Shown piece by piece: positions 48,968 through 58,023 of a stretch of 64,000 nt of DNA; within the stretch, counting starts at the first letter, position 1; the number at the start of each line of letters is the position of its first letter. The position numbers and the translations under genes are program-made. The notes under the pieces are model-generated. The model searched no databases. It worked only from the letters and a program-made list of their open reading frames with translations, and was not told where the DNA came from. Origin of the DNA: Vicinamibacterales bacterium (GTDB taxonomy: Bacteria > Acidobacteriota > Vicinamibacteria > Vicinamibacterales > UBA8438); the NCBI GenBank assembly GCA_965207665.1, contig CBDBMV010000001.1, positions 41,366 to 105,365 of the forward strand, in the 5' to 3' direction.

Positions 48968-49140
48968 ACCGGAGCTTTCCGTTTCGGACAGGCGGCGCAG
49001 CGCAGCGAATCCCCGTCGGGCCCGGACAGCTCGGGCCCTCCGCAGGAACCCCGCAGGCAGGTCTGGTTGAACAGCAGGCCGACCGCCATCACCAGCATTG
49101 CCGCGGCGATTACGCCCAGCGAGAGCAGGAACAGCGCCAC
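48964..49140 (-). CDS. nqrM: NqrM-like (DUF539) small membrane protein, 58 aa, not in the ORF track
   Basis: Hand translation from GTG 49140 (in-frame TAA four codons upstream) gives (M)ALFLLSLGVIAAAMLVMAVGLLFNQTCLRGSCGGPELSGPDGDSLRCAACPKRKAPV*. One TM helix then four Cys including a GSCGG motif and a basic tail, as I recall for NqrM. Same strand as, and downstream of, nqrA-F/apbE. Confidence 0.5.
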   Translation of the reverse strand: MALFLLSLGVIAAAMLVMAVGLLFNQTCLRGSCGGPELSGPDGDSLRCAACPKRKAPV

Positions 49141-49163
49141 CGTCTCATAATCTTAGCGCGGAT

Positions 49164-50918
49164 TCAGGCGGACTGCGACGGCGGCTCCACCCGCACCGTC
49201 ACGACGTCCGTATCGTGATACTGCTGGTGGCGCACCGACGAGGCGTAGTGCCGCAGCAGGCGTAGCGAGACCTCCAGGTCGACCGGCTCGCCGGCGGTGC
49301 GTTCTCCCAGCAGCGCCATCTGGTCCTCGATGTTCGACTCGGCGGCTGCCGCGACGAACTCCAGCTCCGCCGCGCGGCCGTCGCTGCGGGCGACCAGATG
49401 GACATGCCGCTCGGGCTGCCCCGCCGCCTCCTCCTCGTCCTTGCGGATGAGGGCAAGCAGGGTCTCCTCACCGACCGCGCGCAGCCGCTCCGACATCGCC
49501 TTGCCCCACCCGCGGCTGGCGGCGAACTTTCCGAGGAACGCGTCGATGGCCGGGTACGCGTCGACGCTCAGAGGGGTCCGGACGCGCTGCCGCCGTGGTC
49601 TGGACAGCTCCAGGAACAGCGTCATGAGAATCGCCGCCAGACCGCCGGAGGTCATGCCGTTGCCCAGCAGGCCGCCGAATACGCCGAGCGAATCGGCAAA
49701 GACCAACTCGTTCTGGAACCCGAGACCGATCCAGAACCCGACCCCGGCCACGATACCCTTGCGGTAGTCGACGCCGTCCTCCACGATCACCTTCATGCCC
49801 AGCACGAACAGGGTCGCCATCAACACGATGGTGTACGCGCCGGCCACGGGGCCGGGAATGGCGAGAATCAGCGCCATGAACTTCGGCAGGAACGCCAGCC
49901 CGACGAACAGCACGCCGATGCATACCCCGACGCTGCGGGCGGCCACGCCGGTGATTTCCGTCACCGAGACGCTCGACGAGTAGGTCGTGTTCGGCACCGT
50001 CCCTGCCAGACCCGACAGCAGGTTCCCGACGCCGTCGGCGGCCACCGCGCCCTGCACGACGCGAAAGTCGATCGCCCGCGCCTTGCGGCGGGAGACGCGC
50101 TGAATGGCGACGCTGTCGCCGATGGTCTCGATGGCGCCGATGAGGGTCACGAAGACGAACGCCGGCAGCAGCGACCAGAACGCGATTCCGAAGTCGAGAT
50201 TGAATCCCGGCCACCCGCCGGCCGGTAGTCCCACCCAACTCGCCGCGGCGATGCGCTGGACGTCGTAGAGGCCGAATGCCGAGGCGACGGCGCAGCCGGT
50301 GCCGATCCCGATGACCGGCGCCCAGAGCCTCCATACGCCGACGGCGCGGAGCGTGACCAGTACCGTGACCACCAGCGTCGCGGTCGCGCTGACGGGCGCG
50401 GCGGCCGGCGCCGAGCCCGCCGGCACGTCCGTCAGCAGGCCGAACATGATCGGCATGAGCGTCACGGGGATCAGCATGATCACCGTGCCGCACACCGTCG
50501 GCGTGAGCAGCCTGCGCAACAGCGACAAGCGCGCCGAGAGGGCGAACTGGAACAGCGCCGAGACGGTGACGAGGGTCGCGAGGAGCCCCGGTCCGCCCTC
50601 CGTGATCGCCGTCACGCAGACGGCGATGAAGGCGGCCGACGTGCCCATCAGCAGGACATGCCCGGATCCGACGCGGCCGACACGCACGGCCTGCAGCACC
50701 GTCGTGACGCCGCTGATCGCCAGCGCCGCGAACGTGGCCCACGACAGGAACGCGTCGCCGCCGCCGGCCGCCCGCACGACGATGGCGGGCGTCAGCACGA
50801 TGCCCGCGACCGTGAGCATGGCGAACTGGAAGCCCAGTCCGAGGGCGAGCGCCGCGGGCGGCTGCTCGTTCGGCTCGTAGCGAACGTCCCGCAAGACTCC
50901 CTGGTCCGTCTCGGCCAT
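49164..50918 (-). CDS. NCS2/NAT (xanthine-uracil permease) family transporter with an extra soluble C-terminal domain of about 140 aa
   Basis: Multi-TM protein with ...IGAIETIGDS..., ...AADGVGNLLSGLAGTVPNTTY... and ...TGVAARSVG... blocks typical of NCS2. ATG at 50918 preferred. A TTG at 50951 overlapping the apbE stop is the ORF-track start. Confidence 0.72.
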   Translation of the reverse strand: MAETDQGVLRDVRYEPNEQPPAALALGLGFQFAMLTVAGIVLTPAIVVRAAGGGDAFLSWATFAALAISGVTTVLQAVRVGRVGSGHVLLMGTSAAFIAVCVTAITEGGPGLLATLVTVSALFQFALSARLSLLRRLLTPTVCGTVIMLIPVTLMPIMFGLLTDVPAGSAPAAAPVSATATLVVTVLVTLRAVGVWRLWAPVIGIGTGCAVASAFGLYDVQRIAAASWVGLPAGGWPGFNLDFGIAFWSLLPAFVFVTLIGAIETIGDSVAIQRVSRRKARAIDFRVVQGAVAADGVGNLLSGLAGTVPNTTYSSSVSVTEITGVAARSVGVCIGVLFVGLAFLPKFMALILAIPGPVAGAYTIVLMATLFVLGMKVIVEDGVDYRKGIVAGVGFWIGLGFQNELVFADSLGVFGGLLGNGMTSGGLAAILMTLFLELSRPRRQRVRTPLSVDAYPAIDAFLGKFAASRGWGKAMSERLRAVGEETLLALIRKDEEEAAGQPERHVHLVARSDGRAAELEFVAAAAESNIEDQMALLGERTAGEPVDLEVSLRLLRHYASSVRHQQYHDTDVVTVRVEPPSQSA

Positions 50919-50947
50919 GGCGCGATTCTTCTGCAGGCGGCGTGCCG

Positions 50948-51985
50948 TCAATCCTCCGCGGTCAACGCGGTGAACGCCGGCGTCTCGCGTTCGTAGAGCG
51001 CCCCGTCCGGCTGCCGGCCGACCAGCAGCGCGGCCCAGCCGTGCTCCGTGGCGAGCGCGAACCCGTCCTCCGGCCCCAACACCTCCAGGGCCGTTGCCAG
51101 CGCGTCCGCGCGGACGCAGAGCGGGTCGATCACGCTGGCCGACGCCAATCGGTGCGCCACGGGTTCACCCGTGCGCGGGTCGATCGTATGCGACAGACGC
51201 CTACCCTCCAACTCGTAATAGTTGCGGTAGTCGCCCGACGTCGCCAGCGCGCGGTCGCGGAGCGGGAACTGCCGCTGAAGCGCCGGCGGTCCCGGCGCCG
51301 GGCGCTCTATCCCGACGCGCCAAACGTCGCCGCGCTCGCTGTGTCCGCGCGCGCGGACCTCCCCGCCCACCTCGACCAGGTACGACTCGAGCCCTTCGGC
51401 GCGCAAGAACTCGGCCACCTGATCGACCGCGTAGCCCTTTGCCAAAGCCGACAGGTCGGCCGACACCGATGCGTGCGACTTGCGGATGGTCGACGCCTTT
51501 GCATCGATCGCCAACTGCCGGTAGCCGACGCGCGCGCGCAGCCGCTCGACTTCCGTGCTGTCCGGGAACGCCGCCGGGCGGCCTGCCGGGCCGAACCCCC
51601 AGGCGTCGACCAGGGGCGCGACGGTGACGTCGAAGGCCCCGCCGGTCAGCTCGCTGATCTCAAGGGCGTGCCGGAATACCGCCAGCGTGTCCGCCGACAC
51701 CGGGAAGGGCTCGGTCGACCGGTGCCGGTTGAAGCGGCTGAGCTCGGACTCCGGACGCCAGGTCGACATCCGTTCGTCGATGCGCGCTAGCACCCGCCCG
51801 ACCGCCTCCCGCAGCGCCGCGAGGCGCGCTTCGCCCAGATCTTCCGCTATGACGCGGACCGCGAAAGTGGTCCCCATGGTCGAGCCCTCGAACACATGGA
51901 GCGCCGGACGATCGGCGGCGGGCGCACAGGCGACGGCCCATGCGGTGAGCAAAGCCGCCGGCGCGGTTCGTCTCACGGGTGGCAC
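50948..51985 (-). CDS. apbE: FAD:protein FMN transferase ApbE (lipoprotein-type signal)
   Basis: 345 aa. N-terminal ...ALLTAWAVAC... lipobox. ...GSTMGTTF.V......, ...MSTWRPESELSRFN... and ...LAKGYAVD... ApbE motifs. Follows nqrF. Confidence 0.9.
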   Translation of the reverse strand: MPPVRRTAPAALLTAWAVACAPAADRPALHVFEGSTMGTTFAVRVIAEDLGEARLAALREAVGRVLARIDERMSTWRPESELSRFNRHRSTEPFPVSADTLAVFRHALEISELTGGAFDVTVAPLVDAWGFGPAGRPAAFPDSTEVERLRARVGYRQLAIDAKASTIRKSHASVSADLSALAKGYAVDQVAEFLRAEGLESYLVEVGGEVRARGHSERGDVWRVGIERPAPGPPALQRQFPLRDRALATSGDYRNYYELEGRRLSHTIDPRTGEPVAHRLASASVIDPLCVRADALATALEVLGPEDGFALATEHGWAALLVGRQPDGALYERETPAFTALTAED

Positions 51986-51997
51986 GCTGCGGGCCGG

Positions 51998-53224
51998 TTA
52001 TCCGAAGTCGTCGAACAGGATGTTGCGCGGCTCGACGCCCAGCCCGTCCAGCATCTCCATGCACGCCTTGAGCATGAGCGGCGGGCCGCATAGGTAGTAC
52101 TCCACGTCCTCGGGCGCCGGGTGGTCCTTAAGGTAGTTGTCGTAGACGACCTGGTGGATGAAGCCGGTGTGTCCGCTCCAGTCGTCCTCGGGCAACGGCT
52201 CGGACAGGGCGAGATGCCACTTGAAGTTGTCGTGCTCGGCCTGAATGGTGTTGAAGTCGTCGATGTAGAACGCCTCGCGCAGGCTGCGCGCCCCGTACCA
52301 GAAGCTCACCTTCCGTTGCGTGCTCAGGCGCCGGAACTGGTCGAAGATGTGCGAGCGCATCGGCGCCATGCCCGCGCCGCCGCCGATGAAGAGCATCTCC
52401 GCGTCGGTCTCCCTGGCGAAGAACTCGCCGAACGGCCCGGAGATCGTCACGTCGTCCCCAGGCTGGAGCCCGAACAGGTACGCCGTCATCTTGCCCGGCG
52501 GCGTGCCTTCCGGCGCGCGCGGCGGCGGCGACGCGATGCGCACGTTGAGCATGATCACGCCGGTCTCTTCCGGGTAGTTGGCCATCGAGTAGGCGCGGGT
52601 CACCGGCTCGTCGAGCTCCGCCGTGTAGCGCCACAGGTTGAACCGGTCCCAGTCGGCGCGGTACTCCTCCTCGACTTCGATGCCCTGGTAGGGATAGCTG
52701 CCCGTGGGCGCCTCGATCTGGATGTATCCGCCGGCCCGGAAAGGCACGACCTCGCCGGCCGGCAGGTCGAGCACCAGCTCCTTGATGAACGTGGCGACGT
52801 TCGCGTTCGAGCGCACCTTGCACTGCCAGCGGCGGATGTCGAACACCTCGGGCGGGATCTCGATCCGCATGTCCTGCTTCACCTTCACCTGGCAGGACAG
52901 CCGCACCCCGCCCCGGACCTCGCCGCGGTCCAGGTGGCTCAGCTCGGTCGGCAGCACGGCGCCGCCGCCGTCCAGCACCGTGACCTTGCAGACACCGCAG
53001 CTCCCCTTGCCCCCGCAGGCGGACGGCACGAACAGGCTGTTGGCGGCCAGCGTGCCGAGCAGCGTGCCGCCGGTGTGCGTGCACAGCGCGCGTTGCGGGT
53101 CGTCGTTGATGGTGATGTCCACCTCGCCCGTCGACACGAGCCGGCTCCGGGCGGCCATCAGCAGGCCGACCAGCGACACGATCGTGAACGTGAACATCAG
53201 CACGCCGAGGGTGACCGTCAACAT
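51998..53224 (-). CDS. nqrF: Na+-translocating NADH:quinone oxidoreductase subunit F
   Basis: 408 aa. N-terminal TM helix, 2Fe-2S motif ...[15 protein letters not shown]..., and an FAD/NADH domain (...RAYSMANYP..., ...[12 protein letters not shown]...). Confidence 0.95.
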   Translation of the reverse strand: MLTVTLGVLMFTFTIVSLVGLLMAARSRLVSTGEVDITINDDPQRALCTHTGGTLLGTLAANSLFVPSACGGKGSCGVCKVTVLDGGGAVLPTELSHLDRGEVRGGVRLSCQVKVKQDMRIEIPPEVFDIRRWQCKVRSNANVATFIKELVLDLPAGEVVPFRAGGYIQIEAPTGSYPYQGIEVEEEYRADWDRFNLWRYTAELDEPVTRAYSMANYPEETGVIMLNVRIASPPPRAPEGTPPGKMTAYLFGLQPGDDVTISGPFGEFFARETDAEMLFIGGGAGMAPMRSHIFDQFRRLSTQRKVSFWYGARSLREAFYIDDFNTIQAEHDNFKWHLALSEPLPEDDWSGHTGFIHQVVYDNYLKDHPAPEDVEYYLCGPPLMLKACMEMLDGLGVEPRNILFDDFG

Positions 53225-53234
53225 CCGCGAGCTC

Positions 53235-53849
53235 CTACAACTGCACGCCGCCGAAGGCCATGAAGCCGAGCGCCATCAGCCCGACCAGAATGAATGTGAG
53301 GCCCAGTCCGCGCAGCGCCGGCGGCGGGTTGCTGTACCGCAGCCGCTCGCGGATGCCCGCCAGCGCGATGATGGCCAGCGCCCAGCCGATGCCGGAGCCG
53401 AGCCCGAAGACGACGCTCTCGGCCAGCGTGTAGCTGCGCTCGACCATGAACAGCGACGCCCCCAGGATCGCGCAGTTGACGGCTATGAGCGGCAGAAAGA
53501 TCCCCAGCGCCGCGTGCAGCGGCGGGGCGAACCGATCGAGCGTCATCTCCACGATCTGCACCATGGCGGCGATGGTGCCGATGTAGGTCAGGAAACCCAG
53601 GAACGACAGGTCCTGTCCGGCCAGCCCGGGGTGCAGCCACGCCAGCGCCCCGGGCTGCAGCAGCCAGGTGTAGATCAGGTTGTTCATCGGGACGGTGATG
53701 GTGAGCACGAAGATCACCGCCACCCCCAGGCCGAACGCCGTCTTGACCTGCCGCGACACCGCCAGGAAGGAGCACATGCCGAGGAAGAACGCCAGCGCCA
53801 TGTTCTCCACGAACACGGCCTTCACCGCCAGGTTGATGTAGTGCTCCAT
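53235..53849 (-). CDS. nqrE: Na+-NQR subunit E
   Basis: Trimmed to the ATG at 53849, giving [32 protein letters not shown].... TGATG junction with nqrD. Confidence 0.95.
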   Translation of the reverse strand: MEHYINLAVKAVFVENMALAFFLGMCSFLAVSRQVKTAFGLGVAVIFVLTITVPMNNLIYTWLLQPGALAWLHPGLAGQDLSFLGFLTYIGTIAAMVQIVEMTLDRFAPPLHAALGIFLPLIAVNCAILGASLFMVERSYTLAESVVFGLGSGIGWALAIIALAGIRERLRYSNPPPALRGLGLTFILVGLMALGFMAFGGVQL

Positions 53850-54481
53850 CAGTCGCTCTCCACCTGCTCCGGCTTCCACGCGCGCAGCGCCCAGATGAAG
53901 AAGCCGATGATGAAGAAGGCGCTCGGCGACAGCACCATCAGGCCGTTCGGCGAGTACCAACCGCCTTCGCTCGCCAGCGGCAGCAATTGCGTCCCGAACA
54001 GCGAGCCGAATCCGAACAGCTCGCGCAGCGCGGCCGTGCCCATCAGGATGGCGCCGTAGCCGAGCCCGTTGCCGAGGCCGTCGACGAGGCTCATGGCCGG
54101 CGGGTTCTGCATGGCGTACGCCTCGGCGCGGCCCATGATGATGCAGTTCGTGATGATGAGCCCGACGAACACCGAGAGCTGCTGCGAGATCTCGAACAGG
54201 TACGCCTTGAGCACCTGGTCGACGACGATCACCAGCGAGGCGATGATCGTCAACTGCACGATGATGCGGATGTTGGTCGGGATGTGGTGCCGCAGGACGC
54301 TGACGAAGAAGTTCGACGACATCGTCACGCCCACGACCGCCACGCTCATGACGAGGGCCGTGTCCATGCGCGTCGTCACGGCCAGCGCCGAGCAGATGCC
54401 GAGCACCTGCAGGGCGATTGGATTGTTGTTGAATATCGGGTCGATCAGTGCGTCCCGCGCCGGGTTGCGCCGAGCCATCAC
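53849..54481 (-). CDS. nqrD: Na+-NQR subunit D
   Basis: 210 aa, ...[19 protein letters not shown]... and ...[13 protein letters not shown].... Confidence 0.95.
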   Translation of the reverse strand: MMARRNPARDALIDPIFNNNPIALQVLGICSALAVTTRMDTALVMSVAVVGVTMSSNFFVSVLRHHIPTNIRIIVQLTIIASLVIVVDQVLKAYLFEISQQLSVFVGLIITNCIIMGRAEAYAMQNPPAMSLVDGLGNGLGYGAILMGTAALRELFGFGSLFGTQLLPLASEGGWYSPNGLMVLSPSAFFIIGFFIWALRAWKPEQVESD

Positions 54482-55257
54482 GCCCCCTCCCTGCTGCGCA
54501 GCCGATCCAGGTACGGACGAAAGCCGTGCTCGCCCAGCCAGAGCTGCAGCATGTTGGTCACGCCGCGGCTGGTCATGGTCGCCCCGGCGAGACCATCCAC
54601 GCGGTGCGGATCGTCCTCCGGCGCGCCCGCCCGGCCGCGGATCACCTCGATGCTCACGGTCTCATCGTCGTCGAACGCCTTGCGGCCCGGCCACAGCGCC
54701 TTCCAGCGGGAATTGTCCACCTCGCCGCCGAGACCGGGCGTCTCGAGGTGCTCGTAGTAGGTGATCCCGCGGATGGTCTCCAGGTCGGCGTCGAGTGCGA
54801 TGAACCCGTACAGCGTCGACCAGAGACCCATGCCGCTGATGGGCAGGATGACGAGATCGAGCTGTCCGGCGGCGTTGCGCAGCTCGTAGACGAGCGCCTG
54901 CCGCGGCAGGCGCTGCACGCCCGCCATGTTCTCGGGCGCCGGCCGGCCGGTCTCCGCACCCGCCGCGGCGGCGCGCTGGTCGAACAGGCCGGGATCGACG
55001 CCCTCGACCTCCGCGCCGGTGTCGAGATCGATGACCACCTGGCGGATCGACTCGAAGCGGACGGCGATCTCGTCCGGCGCCGGCCGCTCGTCGCTGGTCG
55101 CCAGGCCGGCGGCCACCAGCACGTTGCGCTGCTTCTCCAGGGCCTCGTTGGCGGCCTGCCGGTCGCGCAGCGAAACGGCCGACGACGAGACGAACACCGC
55201 GCACACCACGCAGACCGCGGCGGCGAAACCCAGGTTGTAGAGAGCGCTAGCGTGCAT
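54478..55257 (-). CDS. nqrC: Na+-NQR subunit C (FMN-binding)
   Basis: 259 aa. N-terminal TM helix. ...[17 protein letters not shown]... and flavinylation-type motif ...[14 protein letters not shown].... Confidence 0.9.
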   Translation of the reverse strand: MHASALYNLGFAAAVCVVCAVFVSSSAVSLRDRQAANEALEKQRNVLVAAGLATSDERPAPDEIAVRFESIRQVVIDLDTGAEVEGVDPGLFDQRAAAAGAETGRPAPENMAGVQRLPRQALVYELRNAAGQLDLVILPISGMGLWSTLYGFIALDADLETIRGITYYEHLETPGLGGEVDNSRWKALWPGRKAFDDDETVSIEVIRGRAGAPEDDPHRVDGLAGATMTSRGVTNMLQLWLGEHGFRPYLDRLRSREGA

Positions 55258-56467
55258 GGCGCGTCCTCCGCCGGCGGATGTTCGCCTGCGCCGCTGCGTA
55301 GTCGATCAACGGGGCGAACAGGTTCATGAACAGGATGGCCAGCATCATACCTTCGGGATACGCCGGATTGACGACCCGGATCAGCACCGCCAGCATCCCG
55401 ATCAGCAGACCGTAGACGTAGTGCCCGCCCGGCGCCGCCGGCGCCGAGACCGGGTCGGTCGCCATGTACACCGTGCCGAACGCCCAGCCTCCCAGCAGGA
55501 AGTGCCACGCCGGCGAAACGTCGAAGAACGGGTTCGTGGCGGAGCCGATCTGGTTCAGCAGCAGCGCCATCGCGCCCGTGCCGACCGCGACGCTCACCAT
55601 GATGCGCCAGGAACCCACCCCTGAGACTATCAGCACCAGGGCCCCGGCGAGGCAGGCGATCACGGAGGTCTCGCCCATCGAGCCGGGGATCAGACCGATG
55701 AAGGCGTCCCAGGTATTCGCCGTCTCGGTGACCGCCGAGCTCCCGCCCAGCGTGGCGCGCGCCAGCAGCGTCGCGCCGCTCACGCCGTCGGGCGACGTCT
55801 GGGCCGCCACCCACACCGTATCGCCGGAATGCTCGGCCGGATAGGCGAAGAACAGGAACGCCCGGCCGACCAGCGCCGGGTTCATGACGTTCATGCCCGT
55901 GCCGCCGAAGATCTCCTTGCCCACGACGACGCCGAACGTCACCCCCAGCGCCACCTGCCACAGCGGCACCGTCGGCGGCATGATCAGCGGAAACAACATG
56001 CCGGTGACGAGGAAGCCCTCGCTCACCTCGTGCCGCCGGATCGAGGCGAACAGCACCTCCCAGAAGCCACCCACCGCGAACGTCACCGCCAGCACCGGCA
56101 GGTAGTACAGCCCGCCGTGCACCATGCACGCCAGCCAGTCGTCGGGCGCGAACCCGAGCCCGAGCGCCTCCATGACGCCGGTCTGCCAGGTGTCGAGCAG
56201 CGGGGCGCCCGCGGCGATCGCCAGGTTGGCCTGGTAGCCGGTGTTGTAGAGCGCCATGTACACGCAGCCGGCCAGCGCGATGACCACCGTCATCATCATG
56301 CGCTTCAGGTCGAGGCCGTCGCGGACGTGGGACGCCCCGGAGGTGACCTGGCCGGGCGTATAGAGAAACGTGTCCTGGGCATCCCAGAGCGCGTACAGCT
56401 TCTCCAGGCGCCCCCCGGGCTCGAAGTGGTGCGCCTGGCGGTCGAGCAGGCGGCGCAGCAGCTTCAT
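55247..56467 (-). CDS. nqrB: Na+-NQR subunit B
   Basis: 406 aa polytopic protein. ...[12 protein letters not shown]... and ...VSGATLLA... (flavinylated Thr context). Confidence 0.94.
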   Translation of the reverse strand: MKLLRRLLDRQAHHFEPGGRLEKLYALWDAQDTFLYTPGQVTSGASHVRDGLDLKRMMMTVVIALAGCVYMALYNTGYQANLAIAAGAPLLDTWQTGVMEALGLGFAPDDWLACMVHGGLYYLPVLAVTFAVGGFWEVLFASIRRHEVSEGFLVTGMLFPLIMPPTVPLWQVALGVTFGVVVGKEIFGGTGMNVMNPALVGRAFLFFAYPAEHSGDTVWVAAQTSPDGVSGATLLARATLGGSSAVTETANTWDAFIGLIPGSMGETSVIACLAGALVLIVSGVGSWRIMVSVAVGTGAMALLLNQIGSATNPFFDVSPAWHFLLGGWAFGTVYMATDPVSAPAAPGGHYVYGLLIGMLAVLIRVVNPAYPEGMMLAILFMNLFAPLIDYAAAQANIRRRRTRHAR

Positions 56468-57834
56468 CCCTCACGCTCCAGCGTGTCGAGCACCTGGCGC
56501 AGGTGCGGGCCGTAGTCGTTCTTGCCGGCGCAGACGAACGTGCACAGCGCCAGGTCCTCCTCGTCGAGCTCCAGGCAGCCGAGCTCCTCGGCGCGGTCCA
56601 CGTCACCCATGAGCAGGGCGCGCAGCAGGGCGGTCGCCATCAGGTCGAGCGGCATCACGCGCTCGAACGTCCCGATCGGCACGATGGCACGCCGCCCGCC
56701 GTGCGTGGAGGTCGTCATGCGGAACTGGCGGCCCGGCAGCCACCCCGCTACGAACGTGCGGACAGCGGAAAACTTGCGCAGCCCCGGCGCCAACCAGCCG
56801 AGGAACTCCCGCTCGCGGCCCTCGGCCAGGACGGCGACCTGCTGGTGGTAGCGGCCCAGGTAGCCGTGCACCGGACCGGCGGCGGTGCGCCCGGACAGCA
56901 CCGATCCCGAGATGACGCGCGCTTCGCCGTCGTGCAGCTCGCCGCGGACCAGATCGTCGAGCGCTGCGCCCAGCCGCGTCCGCAGCAGCCGCGGCCGGCG
57001 CACGAGGGGGCCGGCCAACGCGGCGACGCGCGAGACGTCGAGCGTCCCGGTACGGAACAACGCGCCGATGGCGGCCACGTCCTGCGCACCGGCGTGCCAC
57101 ACCGTCTTGCGCCGGTGCACCGGATCCAGCGTATGGATGTGCAGGCCTACCGTGCCGGCCGGGTGCGGGCCGCTGAACTGCTCGTGCCGCACCTGGTCGT
57201 TGGCGGGAAGCTGCACGTCGGTATGCGGGTCCGTGCATACGAAGACCGGCCCGTCCGTCAACCGGCACAGCGCCGCCACGCCGCGTTCGAACGACTCCCC
57301 GCGTCCGATGCAGGCGGCCGGTGACGGGGCGTGCGGCTGCGTATCGGTGGCCGTGACGAAAATCGAGTGCGGGCGGGCGGCCGGATCCGCGACGCGACCG
57401 AACGGACGGGCCCGGATGGCGGTCCACAGTCCCGACTCCACGAGCAGCGCGCGTACGTCATCGGAGGCCAGTCCGCTGGGATGTCTGCCGGTGAAGGCGC
57501 GGTACGCCGTCTCGTCGGGGCCGCGGCCTTCGCGCTCGTCGCGGCTCAGCTCGATGACGACCGACTGCAGCGCGCGCCGGGCGCCGCGGTTGACGGCGGC
57601 CACCCGGCCCGCGGCCGGCGCCGTGTAGCGCACGCCCGGAATCGTCTTGTCCTCGAACAGCAACTGCCCGCGCCGGACGTCGTCCCCCACGGCGACGTGC
57701 ATGGCGGGGCGCAGCCCCACCGCATCGGCGGCCACCAGGGCGGCGTGGCGCGGTTCGGGGGCCGCCTCGATCTCCTGTACCGGCGCACCGGCGAGCGGCA
57801 GCCGGAGACCCTTCCTGAAGGTGTGGAGACCCAT
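56464..57834 (-). CDS. nqrA: Na+-NQR subunit A
   Basis: Trimmed to the ATG at 57834, giving [18 protein letters not shown]..., the NqrA N-terminus pattern (..KKGLD.P..G.P). ATGA overlap with nqrB. Confidence 0.92.
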   Translation of the reverse strand: MGLHTFRKGLRLPLAGAPVQEIEAAPEPRHAALVAADAVGLRPAMHVAVGDDVRRGQLLFEDKTIPGVRYTAPAAGRVAAVNRGARRALQSVVIELSRDEREGRGPDETAYRAFTGRHPSGLASDDVRALLVESGLWTAIRARPFGRVADPAARPHSIFVTATDTQPHAPSPAACIGRGESFERGVAALCRLTDGPVFVCTDPHTDVQLPANDQVRHEQFSGPHPAGTVGLHIHTLDPVHRRKTVWHAGAQDVAAIGALFRTGTLDVSRVAALAGPLVRRPRLLRTRLGAALDDLVRGELHDGEARVISGSVLSGRTAAGPVHGYLGRYHQQVAVLAEGREREFLGWLAPGLRKFSAVRTFVAGWLPGRQFRMTTSTHGGRRAIVPIGTFERVMPLDLMATALLRALLMGDVDRAEELGCLELDEEDLALCTFVCAGKNDYGPHLRQVLDTLEREG

Positions 57835-57894
57835 CTGCGAAGAACCGCGGGACGTTGCGCTGGTGAGTTGTGAATAATTTCTCAAGGCCCGACG

Positions 57895-57918
57895 AAAAAA
57901 TACGGGGCAAGCGCCCCG
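57895..57918 (-). terminator. Intrinsic-terminator-like hairpin plus T-tract between the candidate promoter and nqrA
   Basis: Minus strand CGGGGC-GCTT-GCCCCG followed by TATTTTTTCG. The only run of 6 T/A in non-coding sequence that I noticed in this window. No T-tract on the plus-strand reading. Confidence 0.5.
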
Positions 57919-57942
57919 CACGTCAGTCCCGCTGGAAAGTCA

Positions 57943-57971
57943 ATCGTACCGCCGCTTCAGCGCCAAGTCAA
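57943..57971 (-). promoter_or_regulatory. Candidate sigma-70-type promoter facing nqrA (TTGACT-17 nt-TACGAT)
   Basis: Minus strand reads TTGACT TGGCGCTGAAGCGGCGG TACGAT. Near-consensus hexamers with a 17-nt spacer in the 189-nt divergent spacer upstream of nqrA. No experimental support. Confidence 0.4.
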
Positions 57972-58023
57972 TGAAACCCACGGAAAGCCGCCCGCCGCGG
58001 GTCTATACTGAGCGCCGTCCACC

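Noticed and set aside
58004-58009. TATACT as the -10 of a promoter for the glycosyltransferase gene (would give a nearly leaderless mRNA)
   Set aside because: There is no acceptable -35 or TG extension at the right spacing. It is a single hexamer match only, so I left it uncalled.
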